Translations under genes and position numbers: made by a program
Origin: Octopus vulgaris
Lineage: Eukaryota
Length of the DNA: 64,000 nucleotides
Direction of reading: 5' to 3'
Assembly (NCBI GenBank): GCA_951406725.2
Contig: OX597819.1
Coordinates: 76,508,001-76,572,000 of the forward strand
Shown: positions 1 through 12,923 of the stretch, piece by piece
Layout: each line of letters starts with the position of its first letter
How positions within the stretch are numbered: position 1 is the stretch's first letter
The notes under the pieces: model-generated
Databases searched by the model: none
Told to the model about the DNA's origin: nothing
Seen by the model: only the letters and a program-made list of their open reading frames with translations

Positions 1-856
1 TTATCGCTGTGAAAGCAACATCCATTCATGAATTTAATTATTAATTTTTTAAATACATATTTTAAATAAATAAATAATAATAACAATAATAATAATAATA
101 CTGATAATGAATCGTCATCATCCATATCCTTATCATCAACACCACCGCCACGACCACCACTACTACTACAATCGTCTTCACTCTATTCTTCATCATTGTT
201 CTATGGTAATAACTTCATATGCTCAATGACAGTTTTACCAAAGTACCTAATCGTAGAGATACCAGAGACTTCGTAGGCTTAATAATGGTTTTCTAAATGT
301 ATTCAATCATCTATATATCACAGACAACATCATAATCCTGTGATCCTTCAAGGGAGGATTACACTGGGACAATTTCCCATTAACTTTAGTTCCAGAGAAA
401 GTTCTGTACGAAACACGGCTAATGTGGCATTCATAAATTGTACAGAACTTCTATAAACTACGCTGTGAATTAATAAATCATGTATAACTGTCTGATTGTA
501 TTTGGTGTCCTACTTTCATGGCAGTTACCGTCACAATACACATAATAAGGATTGATTATTGAAATACAAGGTTACACTTTCAATATGAAGGTGAATGGGT
601 CGAGGAGTTATTATGCACTTCTAAATGGTATTAGCAATATAATTGAAGCTAATTGGATTTAGCAGTGAATCGCTTAAAGCAAAGGAATGAGAGCTAAGTA
701 CTGGTCATCATTAAGAAATAGGAGCCTCAAATACTTAATTGTATTATACATCGCAGGCCATTTCTTTGTACGGAATAAAACCAAAAATTGTTAAGCATTA
801 TAAAATTAATTTCTCATTAATGCAAGATTTTCTTTCTATGTCTTCAGTCAAAAATA

Positions 857-896
857 TGTGTGTGTGCGTGTATGTGTGTCTGCGTGCGTGTGTGTG

Positions 897-928
<32 letters not shown>

Positions 929-1008
929 TGTATGTATGTATGTATGTATGTATGTATGCATGTATGTATGCATGTATGTATGTATATATATATATATACG
1001 TGTGTGTA
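857..1008. repeat. Compound (TG)n/(TATG)n/(TA)n microsatellite
   Basis: Directly visible tandem units; source of the spurious MYVC/HTYI ORFs. Confidence 0.95.
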
Positions 1009-1010
1009 TA

Positions 1011-1096
1011 TGGGCAAGTGTCTTCTACTATAGCCTCGGGTCAACCAAAGCCTTTGTGAGTGGATTTGGTAGACGGAAACAGAAAGAGGCCCGTCG

Positions 1097-1151
<55 letters not shown>

Positions 1152-1352
1152 TTGTGTCTCTGTGTTTGTCACACCAACATCGCTTGGTAACCCATGCTGG
1201 TGTGTTTACGTCCCCGTAACTTAGCGGCTCGGCAAAAAGGGACCGATAGAATAAGTACTATGCTTACAAAGAATAAGTGCTGGTGTCGATTTGCTCGACT
1301 AAAGGCGGTGCTCCAACATGGCCACAGTCAAATGACTGAAACAAGTAAAAGA

Positions 1353-1354
<2 letters not shown>
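1011..1354 (+). mobile_element. tRNA-derived SINE family A (5'-truncated), internal (TA)n(TG)n
   Basis: tgggcaagtgtcttctactatagcc...ggatttggtagacggaaac...aggcggtgctccaacatggccacagtcaaatgactgaaacaagtaaaagag; about 10 homologous copies in this window. Confidence 0.85.
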
Positions 1355-1400
<46 letters not shown>

Positions 1401-1407
<7 letters not shown>

Positions 1408-3178
1408 TCCTCTCCATTACGGGACTTCACGGTTACGGAAATGGAAAATTATGACCATTAATTTCAGGATACGGTCAGGTAATTTCGCTCTTACGGAAAC
1501 TTGAATTGCATAGTTTTAAATTGTTAGCCATTAAGAAATTCACTTTTCTTCTTAGCACAATGGCGGCTGGCGTTTCAGTTCAGATCAAAGTATATATTTA
1601 ACGATTTGGAAAACTGTCATATTACACACATACTTGTACACACATTAACACATAATGCACCTAATGTGAGTACATATAATGTGAGTATAAGAACTATCTA
1701 CACGAATACCACTACCAACACAGCAACCGTAATATACAGTTTAAATTAAACAAACAAATCCATTTCAAATAAAAACTTATAATGTGGTGTCCAAGTTTAT
1801 TCTGAAATTTGAATGAAATGTCTTTGATTTTAAGTCTATGGAGATTGATTTGAGACTAAACAGCCACAACAATACAATTAGCAAGAACAATATAACCACT
1901 ACAGCACCAATATCCATCAATGTTTTAATCCAACTGGCTTCAACAGAGAGCAGCATATATATCAATACATGTGTGTGCATGAGTGTGTGTTTCTGTGTGT
2001 GTGTGTCTGTGTGAGATTGTGTGTGTGAGTGTTTGTGTATGAGTGTGTGTGTGTTTATGTCTTAAGTTAGAAGTGCAAAGGCCGAATTCTCTGTAAATTC
2101 CGGCGAACCATTTCTTAGACAATGCACCGAGTCGCCCAGCGAAATTAGACAACATTTCTTTTAATGTGAGTGTATCTCCAAGAATACAACGTTTTTGCTC
2201 CAGCCAATTTTCAAACAATTTATGAAAGCAATTGACAGGGAGCATAGACCTGATTAGAGATTTCTGAAAGGAATTCAACACAATGATGCTGGTGATAAAA
2301 TAGCTATGTCATGAGATGAAGTGAAACCTTCAACTATGAATAGTGCTTGGATAAGTATATGGCCAAACTTTATCCGTGACATTACAAGTTTTCCTCAAGC
2401 AGAAAGACTACATCAAAATCGAAAAAAATATTATGACACTTGCAAAGGTTGCAGGATTTGTAGAAGTCAAAGAGGATGATTGAACTGAGTTGTTAGCTTC
2501 CCAGAATGCTGGAAAAATCAAGAAAAAAAAACAAGATGAGAATTACAGATGAGACAACGGAGGTTCCGCCTACACCACTTAAATGGCTACAAACCATATT
2601 GTTGAAGGGCTGGAAATTATAGAGGAAGGTCTGCAGGAATTTGCTGATAATCATATTAATCGTAAACGTAAAATGAAAATTAAAAGATGAGTTAACAATG
2701 AGCCAGTTCCTATACTGAGCTGTATAAAGAGATGATGCGTCATCAACAACAAATATTTTTTTAAATAAGTTCTTCAACCTACAAGCTGATGCTGGAGATA
2801 ATGAACTATACGATGGCAAATATTAACCCTCAGCCTCATAGTAACTGTCATTCCTTCTCCACACACCCTCAAACAGTAATCAAGATATTTTGTGGTAAGA
2901 ACGCATTCTTACGATATTACGGTTCTTAGTTATTTCCTAACTGCGCATGTTTAGACATTGTTATTTTAATGTATAACGGTGGTTGGGTTGTTTGTTCTGT
3001 GTTCCTTACTAGTGCTTTTTATATATCTTTTTTTTTTTTTGTAAAAGGCCGTAGGGACGCAATTTCAAAAGATAATATGAAAATCAATAAAAAAAAATTC
3101 ATTTCGCATTACGGAATTTCACTTTAACAGCCAGATATTCAGGATCGCATTACTCCCGTTAGCCAGGGATTCCTCTCC
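1401..3178 (+). mobile_element. Decayed Tigger/pogo (Tc1-mariner superfamily) DNA transposon
   Basis: Plus-strand translation at about 2112-2500 gives FLDNAPSRP, NTTFLLQP and DEVKPSTMNSAWISIWP...LAKVAGFVEVKEDD*TELLAS, matching pogo/TIGD DDE motifs (LDNAPxHP, PPNTTSLLQP) with stops and frameshifts. The outer boundaries rest on degenerate Tigger-like termini and are tentative. Confidence 0.7.
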
Positions 3179-3376
3179 ATTCATCCATCCATCCATCCAT
3201 CCATCCATCCATCCAAACATACATACATACATACATACATACATACATACATACATACATACATACATACACACATATCTATATATATATACATATGTAT
3301 ATATGTATATATATATACACATATTTATACATATATATACATATATATATATATACATACATACAAATATTTATAC

Positions 3377-3407
<31 letters not shown>

Positions 3408-3618
3408 CATGCATATATATACATATATATGCATGCAGACAAACACACGCACAAACATATGCGTATTTGCATGTCTATATGAGTATATACAAATATACAT
3501 ATATGGTAAAGTGAAAATTTCAATTAACGTTATTTTCCTTTCACACATCAGAGAACAGTGAATGGCGGAATATGGACACCATCTTATGCGACATAAAATA
3601 AAAAAGTTCCATATACAT

Positions 3619-3674
<56 letters not shown>

Positions 3675-3690
3675 GCGCGCACACGCTCAC

Positions 3691-3725
<35 letters not shown>

Positions 3726-5014
3726 TTGGAAATCAAACTATTACTGAACTCACTATTTTGATATAAGAAAGTGGGTAAAATTTCCAATGATTAGGTTGTT
3801 ATTTAATGCTGTGTCATATCAGTGCTTGCAAGGGCCAATAATACTTTAATATAATATAAAAAATACATACATACATAAGAAATAGAATCAGAAATAGAAA
3901 ATACTTTATGCTGTATTATATATCTGAAACAATCAATAGAAATGACCTTTCAGATAATTTTACAATGTTAATAATTAGATGTTTGGAAAAATGATGAGAA
4001 AAGCGATTTCTGTTCATTTTCTTCACGTGCGTGAGTGTGTGTGTGTGTGTGCATTTGATAGTTTGTAAGAGTAAGATTGTGGCCTTACTCATGATGTTTT
4101 CAAATACATTAGCTGACCAAGCGAAAAGAATTAGGTTTCTATCAAAAATCAGTTTTACAGCACATTAATCAAGTTTTGCTCTGAGCTTGGCATATTTTCT
4201 AAGGGAGTAGAGGACAGAACTTCATTACACAGGAAGACATTGTACTTTTATCAGAGAAGGTTGTAGCATTAGCAACATTCTCAAGGGCAACAATGCCTCT
4301 AGTAAAACAAGCTTATAAAACATGGGAATTGAAACTGTGCTGTGCCACTGGTTTGCTACAATGATTAGATTTATGCACTATACTGCACTTTAAAATCAGA
4401 TGAACAATTGAGGACAAACCATTACTTTATTAGATGGGTTCTGAAAAAAAAAGAATAGAAAGTTGAAAAAAAAGAATTCTCCGCTGGTTAGGGGATCTGT
4501 GTGTTCGTAAACAAATCCGCTTAAGCAGTAATCTTTCCTCTGCATGCAGGTTACTTTTAAGTCGAGTTAATTGTAACGGTTGTTGATCGATCTCAGAAAT
4601 GGAGAATAAATAGAATAATTAAACAAAATATCAAAGGGGCGGTATCATGGTCGTCGTCGTTGCCATCGCCATCACCATCACTATCATCATTATCATCATC
4701 ATAAACAACAATAGCAACAATGATTTTTACTTTATTGGCCACAAAGACGTGGAGATATACAGAAAAAATACAAAGAGACTTTATGCTTCAGGCTGCATGC
4801 AAGACGTGTGAATGAAGGGAAAAGGTATACACAAATAACAATCAAGGTCTTAGATAGATTAAGATTCGCTGTATGTCATGATCCTGCCACTACAACTTCA
4901 TCGGGTGTGTGTCTTAGGCAAGGTATATAATGCAGAAATGTATATATGTATATATGTATTCATATATGTATTTATGTACGAATATATATATATATATCTA
5001 TATATATCGTAACA

Positions 5015-5295
5015 TATAATTGCCACGTGTGGCGTCCTATACGGGGCTGTGCTACTGATGCTTATAGCCCCAAGAAGACATCTCTTCCAGCTGGCTAACG
5101 ACACACATTCTTTTTCCGATTAGTATTTGCGAGGGGAGGTTATCTCTAACCTTACGTGATACACACGGACTCGAGTTTCTAGGTGGTTACTCGTCCTCAG
5201 TGAGTTAATCACCAGCTATTGATGAAAACTCACTGTACGCGCAAAATACTATATGCTTTCTCCAGCGACAAACCATTGCTTATCTCGAAAAAGGA
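5015..5295 (-). mobile_element. Short non-coding element between (TA)n tracts carrying a hammerhead motif (Penelope pLTR-like)
   Basis: About 280 bp block of higher GC flanked by TA repeats on both sides; contains the motif at 5163-5206. Confidence 0.55.
5163..5206 (-). ncRNA. Minimal type I hammerhead ribozyme motif (degenerate stems I and II)
   Basis: Minus strand: AACTCA CTGAGGA CGAGTAACCACCTA GAAA CTCGAG TC CGTGT; core CUGANGA/GAAA, palindromic stem III CTCGAG, GUC triplet. Confidence 0.65.
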
Positions 5296-5334
<39 letters not shown>

Positions 5335-5517
5335 TGCTGCCACTACTACTACTACAACTACTACTACTAACTTACTTACTCAATAATGATCATAATACGC
5401 ACATATGGTTGTGATGCGTGTATCTAGTGTACCCTTATCAGACGGGTAGTCATGATGAGTATCTGAGCTTCGTATATTTTACCCCACTGTCACTTTGATG
5501 GCATGTACTGCTCTCTC

Positions 5518-5574
<57 letters not shown>
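5518..5574. repeat. (TAA)n microsatellite
   Basis: Pure AAT run directly abutting the R4/Dong-like fragment. Confidence 0.95.
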
Positions 5575-5575
<1 letters not shown>

Positions 5576-5972
5576 GAGATCATGAAGAAAAAAAATGCTT
5601 TCTAATTGATGTATCAATACCGGCAGATGACAACGTGTCTCTAAAAGAAATGGAGAAACTCTCAAAATACAAAGACCTGGAAATAGAGGTAACTAGAATG
5701 TGGAATCTGACAACAGAAACAATTCCTATCATAGTAGGTGCATTAGGCATGATAAAAAAATATTCAGACAAATACATAACAAAAACACCAGGACTTACAA
5801 ACACATATAACATACAGAAAATTGCACTACTAGGCACTGCACACATCCTACGCAGAACACTTTCCATACAATAACCATCAGAGCATCACAACAAATCACA
5901 GCACATACCCAAGGCACACAGAGCTGCGCTCGGTAGTGAAGTGAAAGCACGCTATAAAAATAAAACTACTGA
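5575..5972 (+). mobile_element. 5'-truncated R4/Dong-like non-LTR retrotransposon (restriction-like endonuclease C-terminus plus 3' UTR)
   Basis: DHEEKKCFLIDVSIPADDNVSLKEMEKLSKYKDLEIEVTRMW...IPIIVGALG...IQKIALLGTAHILRRTL is the typical RLE tail; TAA repeats on both sides fit the known Dong preference for (TAA)n. Confidence 0.85.
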
Positions 5973-5993
5973 ATAATAAATAATAATAACAAT

Positions 5994-6120
5994 GCGGAAA
6001 TGGTACGAAAATTAACCACGATCACTGACAACAAGGAACATAAGATACTGCCGCAATTTACAATACAATGTGACTCCCTAATTGAGACTCGGAGACATGA
6101 TATTGTTGTGGTAAAGGAAA
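5994..6120 (+). mobile_element. Second R4/Dong-like fragment (start of RLE domain)
   Basis: KWYE...ITDNKEHKILPQFTIQCDSLIETRRHDIVVVK resembles KWYEH..P..V.EN...KILWDF.IQTD..I..RRPDIVVV. Confidence 0.65.
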
Positions 6121-6184
6121 GAAGAGACGAGAAAATGAGAGGGGTGAAGAAATGTAGGAGTCGAAGTAAAAGAGGAGAATTGGG

Positions 6185-7030
6185 TGGGAGGAAGTAGTTG
6201 TGAGGGGGAGAAAGGCGAGGTTAGATGAAGAGGGAAGGAGAGTTGAACCAATGTGTCGCAAAGGAGCGAAGAGTGAAGATTAATCATTGTTCACGGTTCA
6301 AACGGGTGTCTGGATGTCACCTGTGCAAGGACAATCCGAACACGGAGAGGTGTTACAAAGAGTGACTGGTAGAGCGGAAATGGTGCGAGATCGGGGTGTC
6401 ATTGCCAAGTCGGATGTCTCGTAGGTGCTCCGCGAAGCGGTCAGCCAAGAGGCGTCCCGTTTGCCCGATGTATAGAGAAGGGCCGAAAGAGCAAGAGATG
6501 CAATAGAGGACATTGGTAGAAGTGCAGTTGAAGGAGTAGATGATGTGATAGGCTCAATGATGGGTGCTGGTGTGGATGGTGGTGTTGGAGAGGTAAGGGC
6601 ATGTGCGGCAGCGTAGGCGGGAGCAGGGGAACAAGCCGGACTAGGAGGTTCGGTTAGGGAAGAAGCTGTGGACCAAGAGGTCTCATAGGTTGTGGGCTCA
6701 TTTGAAGGGGGAAGGGGTCGGTTAGGGAAGATGTACGAAGTGGAGGAGTCGGACTGGAATCGCCGGAAGGCTCGGAGAATGTGCGTTGGAGAGGAGGGTA
6801 GTAGGGTGATAGGTGAGGGGAAATGGGAGACGAGAGACAGCAGGGCAGCTTCGTGGGGGAGAGAGCAGATGCCCGGTCCACGGAACCTGCTCTGGCAAGG
6901 GCGGTGTGGATAGTGGTGAGGATAGTGGATATCCACGTAGAATGAAGAGGCGAGCCATGAGTTGAGACTGGGGAAATGGGAATAGGGGATGGAAAGCTTG
7001 GTGTGTTTAGGGTGGGAGGAAGAGAAGTTT
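6185..7030 (-). mobile_element. Penelope-like element fragment (GIY-YIG endonuclease)
   Basis: A minus frame other than the listed ORF reads SFNCTSTNVLYCISCSFGPSLYIGQTGRLLADRFAEHLRDIRLGNDTPISHHF, the PLE GIY-YIG signature. Confidence 0.85.
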
Positions 7031-7141
7031 AGTTATGAGTGTGAGTCTGTGTGTTTGTTGTGGATGGAGATGGTGAGAGTGGAGTGATGAATGCTGACCG
7101 AAATGTCAAGAAAAGAGACAGAGGTGTCGTACATATGCACC

Positions 7142-7182
<41 letters not shown>

Positions 7183-9248
7183 GGTGGGGTGAGTGTGTGT
7201 GTAGTTCTATAAATTATACATTCTGCAACTTCTATATCGATACAAATCTCATGATGGTTGCCTTTTTCATCGAATACCAGCGTGACAGTTTTTTCGATAG
7301 TGAATGGTCCGTCGTTCACCTCTTCTCTGCTTGTCAATATGTTTGCCATATCTTCGTAAAGAGCGTAACTCCACTTTATCGATTACACAAGCATACGTCT
7401 TCAACAGGAACAGAACTCATTTTCAGCCATCAAATTTTCTTTACACATAAAGTCAACCTGTACCCTATATGTTTTTACACACACCTCACCAATTCGCACA
7501 CATTATACAGACAACTACATACGTATGTTTACATATGTATACTCACACACTCACAACCAAATACGCATTCCCACAAAGGCATCGTACTTACACATACTAA
7601 CGTCATAAATACAAACTCAGGGAGAAGCACACTTTCGTAGCAACTACATAGATGTATAAACAACAACGCAACATAACACCGCTCTATTTATACACTGGTA
7701 ACACACAGATGCAGACATATAAAAAGAGGCAATCACACATGCCTTACCTCACAGACACACATTCGATAAACACTCACATTTTCCTTTACTAAACATCCAT
7801 GTGTAATAATATTACTACACACTTGGTCATAGCGCATCCATACGCAAAAAACTATGCACAAACACACAGACAAATGCACGTTAAGATTGATTAACAATAA
7901 ACATAAAGCATAAAAAGAAATAAGAACTCCATAAAACTCTAAACATACACTAACACAACCACACACGAAGACACGCATTTACGCAGAATATATATATGAT
8001 TTTTACACAGTTGACTCATATGCGTATGTGTATGCATGTGTGCGTGAGTATATAAATACATACATGTATATGGATATATTTGTGTACACTCCTACACACC
8101 ATCCATATAATAATGTATTTATGCATACATATGAATAAATGTATGCATATTTACATATCCTTGTATGCATATATATGTGTGTGTGTATGCATGTGTGCAT
8201 GTATGTATGTATGCATGTATGCACACATAATTTCGATTGGACTTGGATTATAGTTTTAACTCATCGGCTTGTTTAATGTTCAGTGTATACACATACATGT
8301 ATACACACTCACAGACACAAACGCACACGCACGCACACGCACGCACACGCACGCACACACATGTAGGCATGCATAGAGAGAGATGTACGTATTTATACGA
8401 GAAAAAAGTTCATATTACCATAACCTAGCTTAGAAATAGAAGCAATTATCGCCGTGTGCAACTTCAGGCCTTAAAGTGCAGTATATATCAACAATATATA
8501 TTTTATCCCTCCTATTTTCTTTTATGAGATCCAATGAATTTTCGCTTGAGAACGAAAATTAACCTCTCTTTTCAGACAACCAAAGTGTCTTAGAAGTTTT
8601 TACGGGCAAGCTATTTTTGTATTTCAATACCGATCTATTCCAAGCCAGTTCATATATTGAGGACACAGGAAATTATTTCGTAATGGAAATATTTAATCTG
8701 ATTTCTTTTTTTTTCTGAAGACTTAAATCAACCAATGTTTTCTCCTTAAAGAATTCAAGAGGAAAATATATATAACAAATAAAGCAAGAAATAAAGAATC
8801 CAAATAAAATCAATAATAAATAAACCTTAAATATGTTGCTGTCGTTTTTTATAGATCGTGATAACCGACTCAATATTTCCAATGTGGTTAAGACAAACTG
8901 ACGTTGTGTGGCGAGCCTTTTGCATACTAAATACTCACACATTATGTCCACTTATATGCACAATAGCAAATCAAAAATCCTTCCCCTAACTAATATCATT
9001 CACGAAATTAGTAGACGAAACTGCCTTTGACGGGTATATAAAATCTAAAATGATATGCAAGAGAGGTAATATGAATAAAGTCAACAAATTGAAATATTTA
9101 ATGAAAAATGATGTTGATGGAAATGGGCCATATTTTTAAGGACAATTTGAAGAGGCAATGGAAGTCTCGTTATTATTAAGCAATATAAGCATATATATGT
9201 TGTTTGTGTTTGTGCGTATATGTGTGTTTGTATGTATATATGTATGCG

Positions 9249-9287
<39 letters not shown>

Positions 9288-9675
9288 GACTATATTATCC
9301 GAGCGGATACTGTGGTAGCTCTCAGATATGTTCCAGGTTATGGCTAACCAAATCGATTGATATTTAAAGTCTATCGTCTATGACTACTCACGCTGTAAAT
9401 TTTCCGATTGGTAATTTAATGCTCGCTTCAGCGGATGGTAATATCATCTGGAGTGTATAATGGCAATAATAATAACAATAGAGAATATAGCGACTGGTAC
9501 ATACTCATAATTTATTTCCTTTTATTTTACAATGTCACACAGCATATTTTTATGGTTATGATGAACTACATGTGTTGCCACTGCACAAAATATGGGCAGT
9601 TGCATATACAACAGGAGATCGTTATCTACGAAGCTTCGTTCATGGTCTTTAAACCAACTTCCAAGCTAGATATAT

Positions 9676-9970
9676 ATGAGGGCTCATGACCTAGTGATTA
9701 GAGTGCCGTACTCATGATCGCTAGATCGTGGTTTCAGTACCTAGACCTGGTGGTGAATTGTGTTCTTGAGCAAAACACTTCATCTCACGCTGCTCTTCGA
9801 TCACTTTGACACCTGACGTGCGGTACACACTGCTCCTGTTGAGACGACGTCGATTGAATGGATGGAGTGAGCTAATGTACAGACACTTTGATCACTATAA
9901 TCAAATCATTTGTGCAGGTCATACGGCAAAAGCCGAACACTCATACGTCGTCTTCGACGGGAGAGTCCGT
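9676..9970 (+). mobile_element. tRNA-derived SINE (group C, degenerate)
   Basis: A-box-like tgacctagtgattagag followed by tgtgttcttgagcaaaacactt core shared with other group C copies. Confidence 0.65.
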
Positions 9971-10008
9971 CACGCGCGCACGCACACACACGTTTGTGTG
10001 TGTGTGTG

Positions 10009-10327
10009 TGAAGGCGCTTGGCTTAGTGGTTAGGGCATTCCGCTCACGATCGTAAGGTCGTGAGTTCGATTCCCGGCGGCGCGTTGTGTCCTTGCGCAAG
10101 ACACTTGATTTGACGTTGCTCCAGTTCACTCAACTATCAAAAATGAGTAGTACCTGAATTTCAAAGGGCCAGCTTTGCCACACACTGTATCACGCTGAAT
10201 CTCCCTGAGAACTACTTGGTACACGTGTCTGGAGTGCTCAGCCACTTGCACATTAATTTCACGAGCAATCTCTTCCGTTGATCGTATCAGCTGGGACCCT
10301 CGTCGTCGTAACCGACGGTGTGTTCAC
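10009..10327 (+). mobile_element. tRNA-derived SINE (group C)
   Basis: A box tggcttagtggttag, B box gagttcgattccc, then gtgtccttgcgcaagacactt...gttgctccagttcactca; directly follows (TG)n. Confidence 0.8.
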
Positions 10328-10404
10328 TCTATATATATATATAAGGATAAGGATATATATACACGAAGTGTTGTGACGTTGATTGCGTATACAAGCGATA
10401 ACTT

Positions 10405-10810
10405 GGATATGTTTCGCACAAAGATTGGCTCAGGCTGTGTCTAACTTAATAGCACCACTTGATAGAATCTACTAAGTCATTTTGAAGTACAGTTTTGTGG
10501 TATAATGGTCCTTTCAAGAAGGGAGTTTTGTTGATTGAGATGTATCCAGAAATAGTTGGCTGATCTGGTATCCCTTGAAGAAATTTGTTCAAGTGTCGCT
10601 TGAAGGTGATGGGATCTTTTTTCTTTGATGTATTTGGAACAATTTAAAATAGAGCAGGGTTTGTTGAGGAAAAGACATTGTGCTGCAGTGGATTTATTTG
10701 TTGTTATCCTGAATTGTACTGGAGGCGTATGACACGTGACCCGAGCCTTGGGTGAATTCTGAATCTAATGGTAAGGTCAGTTAGGCAATGCTGGTGGTAT
10801 TTTCTCTATG
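10405..10810 (-). mobile_element. CR1-like LINE 3' end (ORF2 C-terminus plus 3' UTR)
   Basis: Minus translation ...IHPRLGSR...PALF...KDPITFKRHLNKFLQGIPDQPTISGY resembles the FK..LD.FL..IPDQP...GY ORF2 end of invertebrate CR1 elements. Confidence 0.7.
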
Positions 10811-11404
10811 TTGTGCAAATGTTGAGTGTTTTACATATTTATTGTACTAAATAGTGATTCACATACGTCAGAGCGAGTTGAAAATCTTTGGTTAACTAGA
10901 ATTACATATACAACCAGCAGATTAAACCTCCCTATATGGTTGTTTAAAGTCTGAAAGAAAAATAACTTGGATACTTTCAATGATAATTTTTCAAGTCAAT
11001 CAAATACATATGTGAGCCTCTAATATATGTGTAATTAATATGCAAACCACTCTCTTAATATATTTTCCTTTAATACTGTTGTTGAATGTATAATTAACAC
11101 CACTATTTTACCTGTATTTCAGTATACACTGATCATCTCAAAGTCTCGTAAACTGATAAGAAAAGCGTCAATAAGAAAGTCTTACGTGACCGAGGTATGT
11201 CCGTAGCGTTCAGCAGTTACCTCTAAAATTAAGACTAACTCCAGTCTATGGTGTTGTTGCATTCAGTAAATGTCGATTTTCTAATGCTATTAGAATCATC
11301 ATCGTATGCTTTTAGCTTTTGCATGATTACGAAAGAGTTTCCGCGAGGAAATTTTGGCATTGCTATTCAATGAACTTTAAACATTAAACATTTGGCACTT
11401 TATG

Positions 11405-11622
11405 AATAGGCATAGCTGTGTGTTTAAGATGCTCGTTTTGCAACCATAATGTTTCGAGAGCAGTATCTTGAGCAAGTATTTTCTATTGTTGCGCCCGAAC
11501 CGACCATTAGCTTGTGAGCCACGTTTATGCAGAAAATGTGTACATACATATATGTATGTATGTATCTATGTATCTATGTAAGTATGCATGTAGGAATGTA
11601 TGCATGCTTGCATGTATGTATG

Positions 11623-11677
<55 letters not shown>

Positions 11678-11965
11678 GCATGCATGTAAGCATGCACATA
11701 TGTAAGTATGTGAGTGCGTGCGTGCGGGTGGGTGGGTGTGTGCGTGTGTGTGAGAGAGAGTGTGTGTGTTTGTTTGTGATTTTATAAGCCTCCAACACCG
11801 CCTGATAACCAGGCTGGTTTGTAGATGTCGCCGTAACATAGCGGTCGGTACAATAAGTACCAGTCTTAGAACAATAAGATTTGTTTGACTAAGCGCGTAA
11901 AGACGGTGCTCCAGCTTGATCACAGTCCAATGACTAAAACAATTAAAGAGATAAAAAGATAAAGA
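11405..11965 (+). mobile_element. SINE family A, old copy with expanded internal (TATG)n
   Basis: Degenerate head at about 11405-11520 and 3' half ending gacggtgctccagcttgatcacagtccaatgactaaaacaa. Confidence 0.7.
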
Positions 11966-12305
11966 TATTTACCTGCATTTATGCGGTGATAAAGTATAGA
12001 GCAATCGGTTTAGTGTATGGGGTTGTTTGGATTTTGACCGTGAAAAGTGTTACTCTCGTTGTCATCATTAGAAATGAAACAGAATTGTTTAAATCACGGT
12101 CAACAAACCGGTTTCTTTTCAAACCATTACGAAGGTGTATTTTAAAAACATGAACAGAAAATGAGAATAAAGTGTGTCCATCCCTTTTTCAAAAGCTTTA
12201 TAATGAAGGCTCTGTACTATTTTAATTGGCAGAGTGACGAACAAAATGTTTTGCAGTGTCTAGTTATATTGCTTTACCTTCTGAGTTTGATTTCTGTCAA
12301 GTCCG

Positions 12306-12518
12306 AAGGCAGCGTGAAGCAGAATCGTTAGCACGTTGGACAATTGGCTTAGGGGCTTTACGTCTGTTTTTATATTCTGAGCTCAACTTCTGCCGAGGTT
12401 GAATATGCCTTTCAACCTTTCAAAGTCGTTAAAATAAGTACTTGTTCAGCACTGGGGTCGAATTAATCGCCAACCCTCTTCTCCCAAATTTGAGCCTTGT
12501 GTCTATAGTAGAAAGGAT
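12306..12518 (+). mobile_element. tRNA-derived SINE family B
   Basis: aaggcagc...gcagaatcgttagcacg...ttctgagctcaacttctgccgaggttga..tgcctttcaaccttt...aaaataagtac; homologous to many minus-strand copies here. Confidence 0.75.
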
Positions 12519-12923
12519 TTCAGCCAGATCCAACTTTGCTTTCCCTACCTTCAGCAGACGTGCTCTGTGTCAGATATAATCAACATCGAGTGAGTTTAGT
12601 CATGACAGGCATAATGATGTCAATGGCAGTATTACTACATCCAATGGAAACTGAGTTGCGGGTTATGCTGCAGTACACTAAACTGATACATACTAGCACT
12701 CACACATTCACACAAGCACGCCTACACACGAACTTATAAGCACGCATACGCATACTGATATTCACACATTCACACCGTTTATGTAAATGTAAGAATTACT
12801 CACAGAGTGCATGGAGGTGATTAAGAAGCAATATCGATAGCTTGTCTGGTAATACCAGGGATTTTGCCACAAAAATTGGTGAAGTTACAATAATAATTAT
12901 TTCTGAAATGTAAACATTGCACA

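Noticed and set aside
6298-6936. 212-aa Pro/Ser-rich ORF as a host gene
   Set aside because: It is mostly an off-frame reading of the Penelope GIY-YIG region; the true motif lies in another minus frame.
7200-7430. Possible exon (MANILTSREEVNDGPFTIEKTVTLVFDEKG...)
   Set aside because: Coding-like composition, but no recognised domain or convincing splice sites; could be a TE remnant.
10009-10080. tRNA genes at SINE heads (also 22740-22808, 59624-59695)
   Set aside because: A and B boxes are present but there is no proper acceptor stem and each continues into a shared SINE body.
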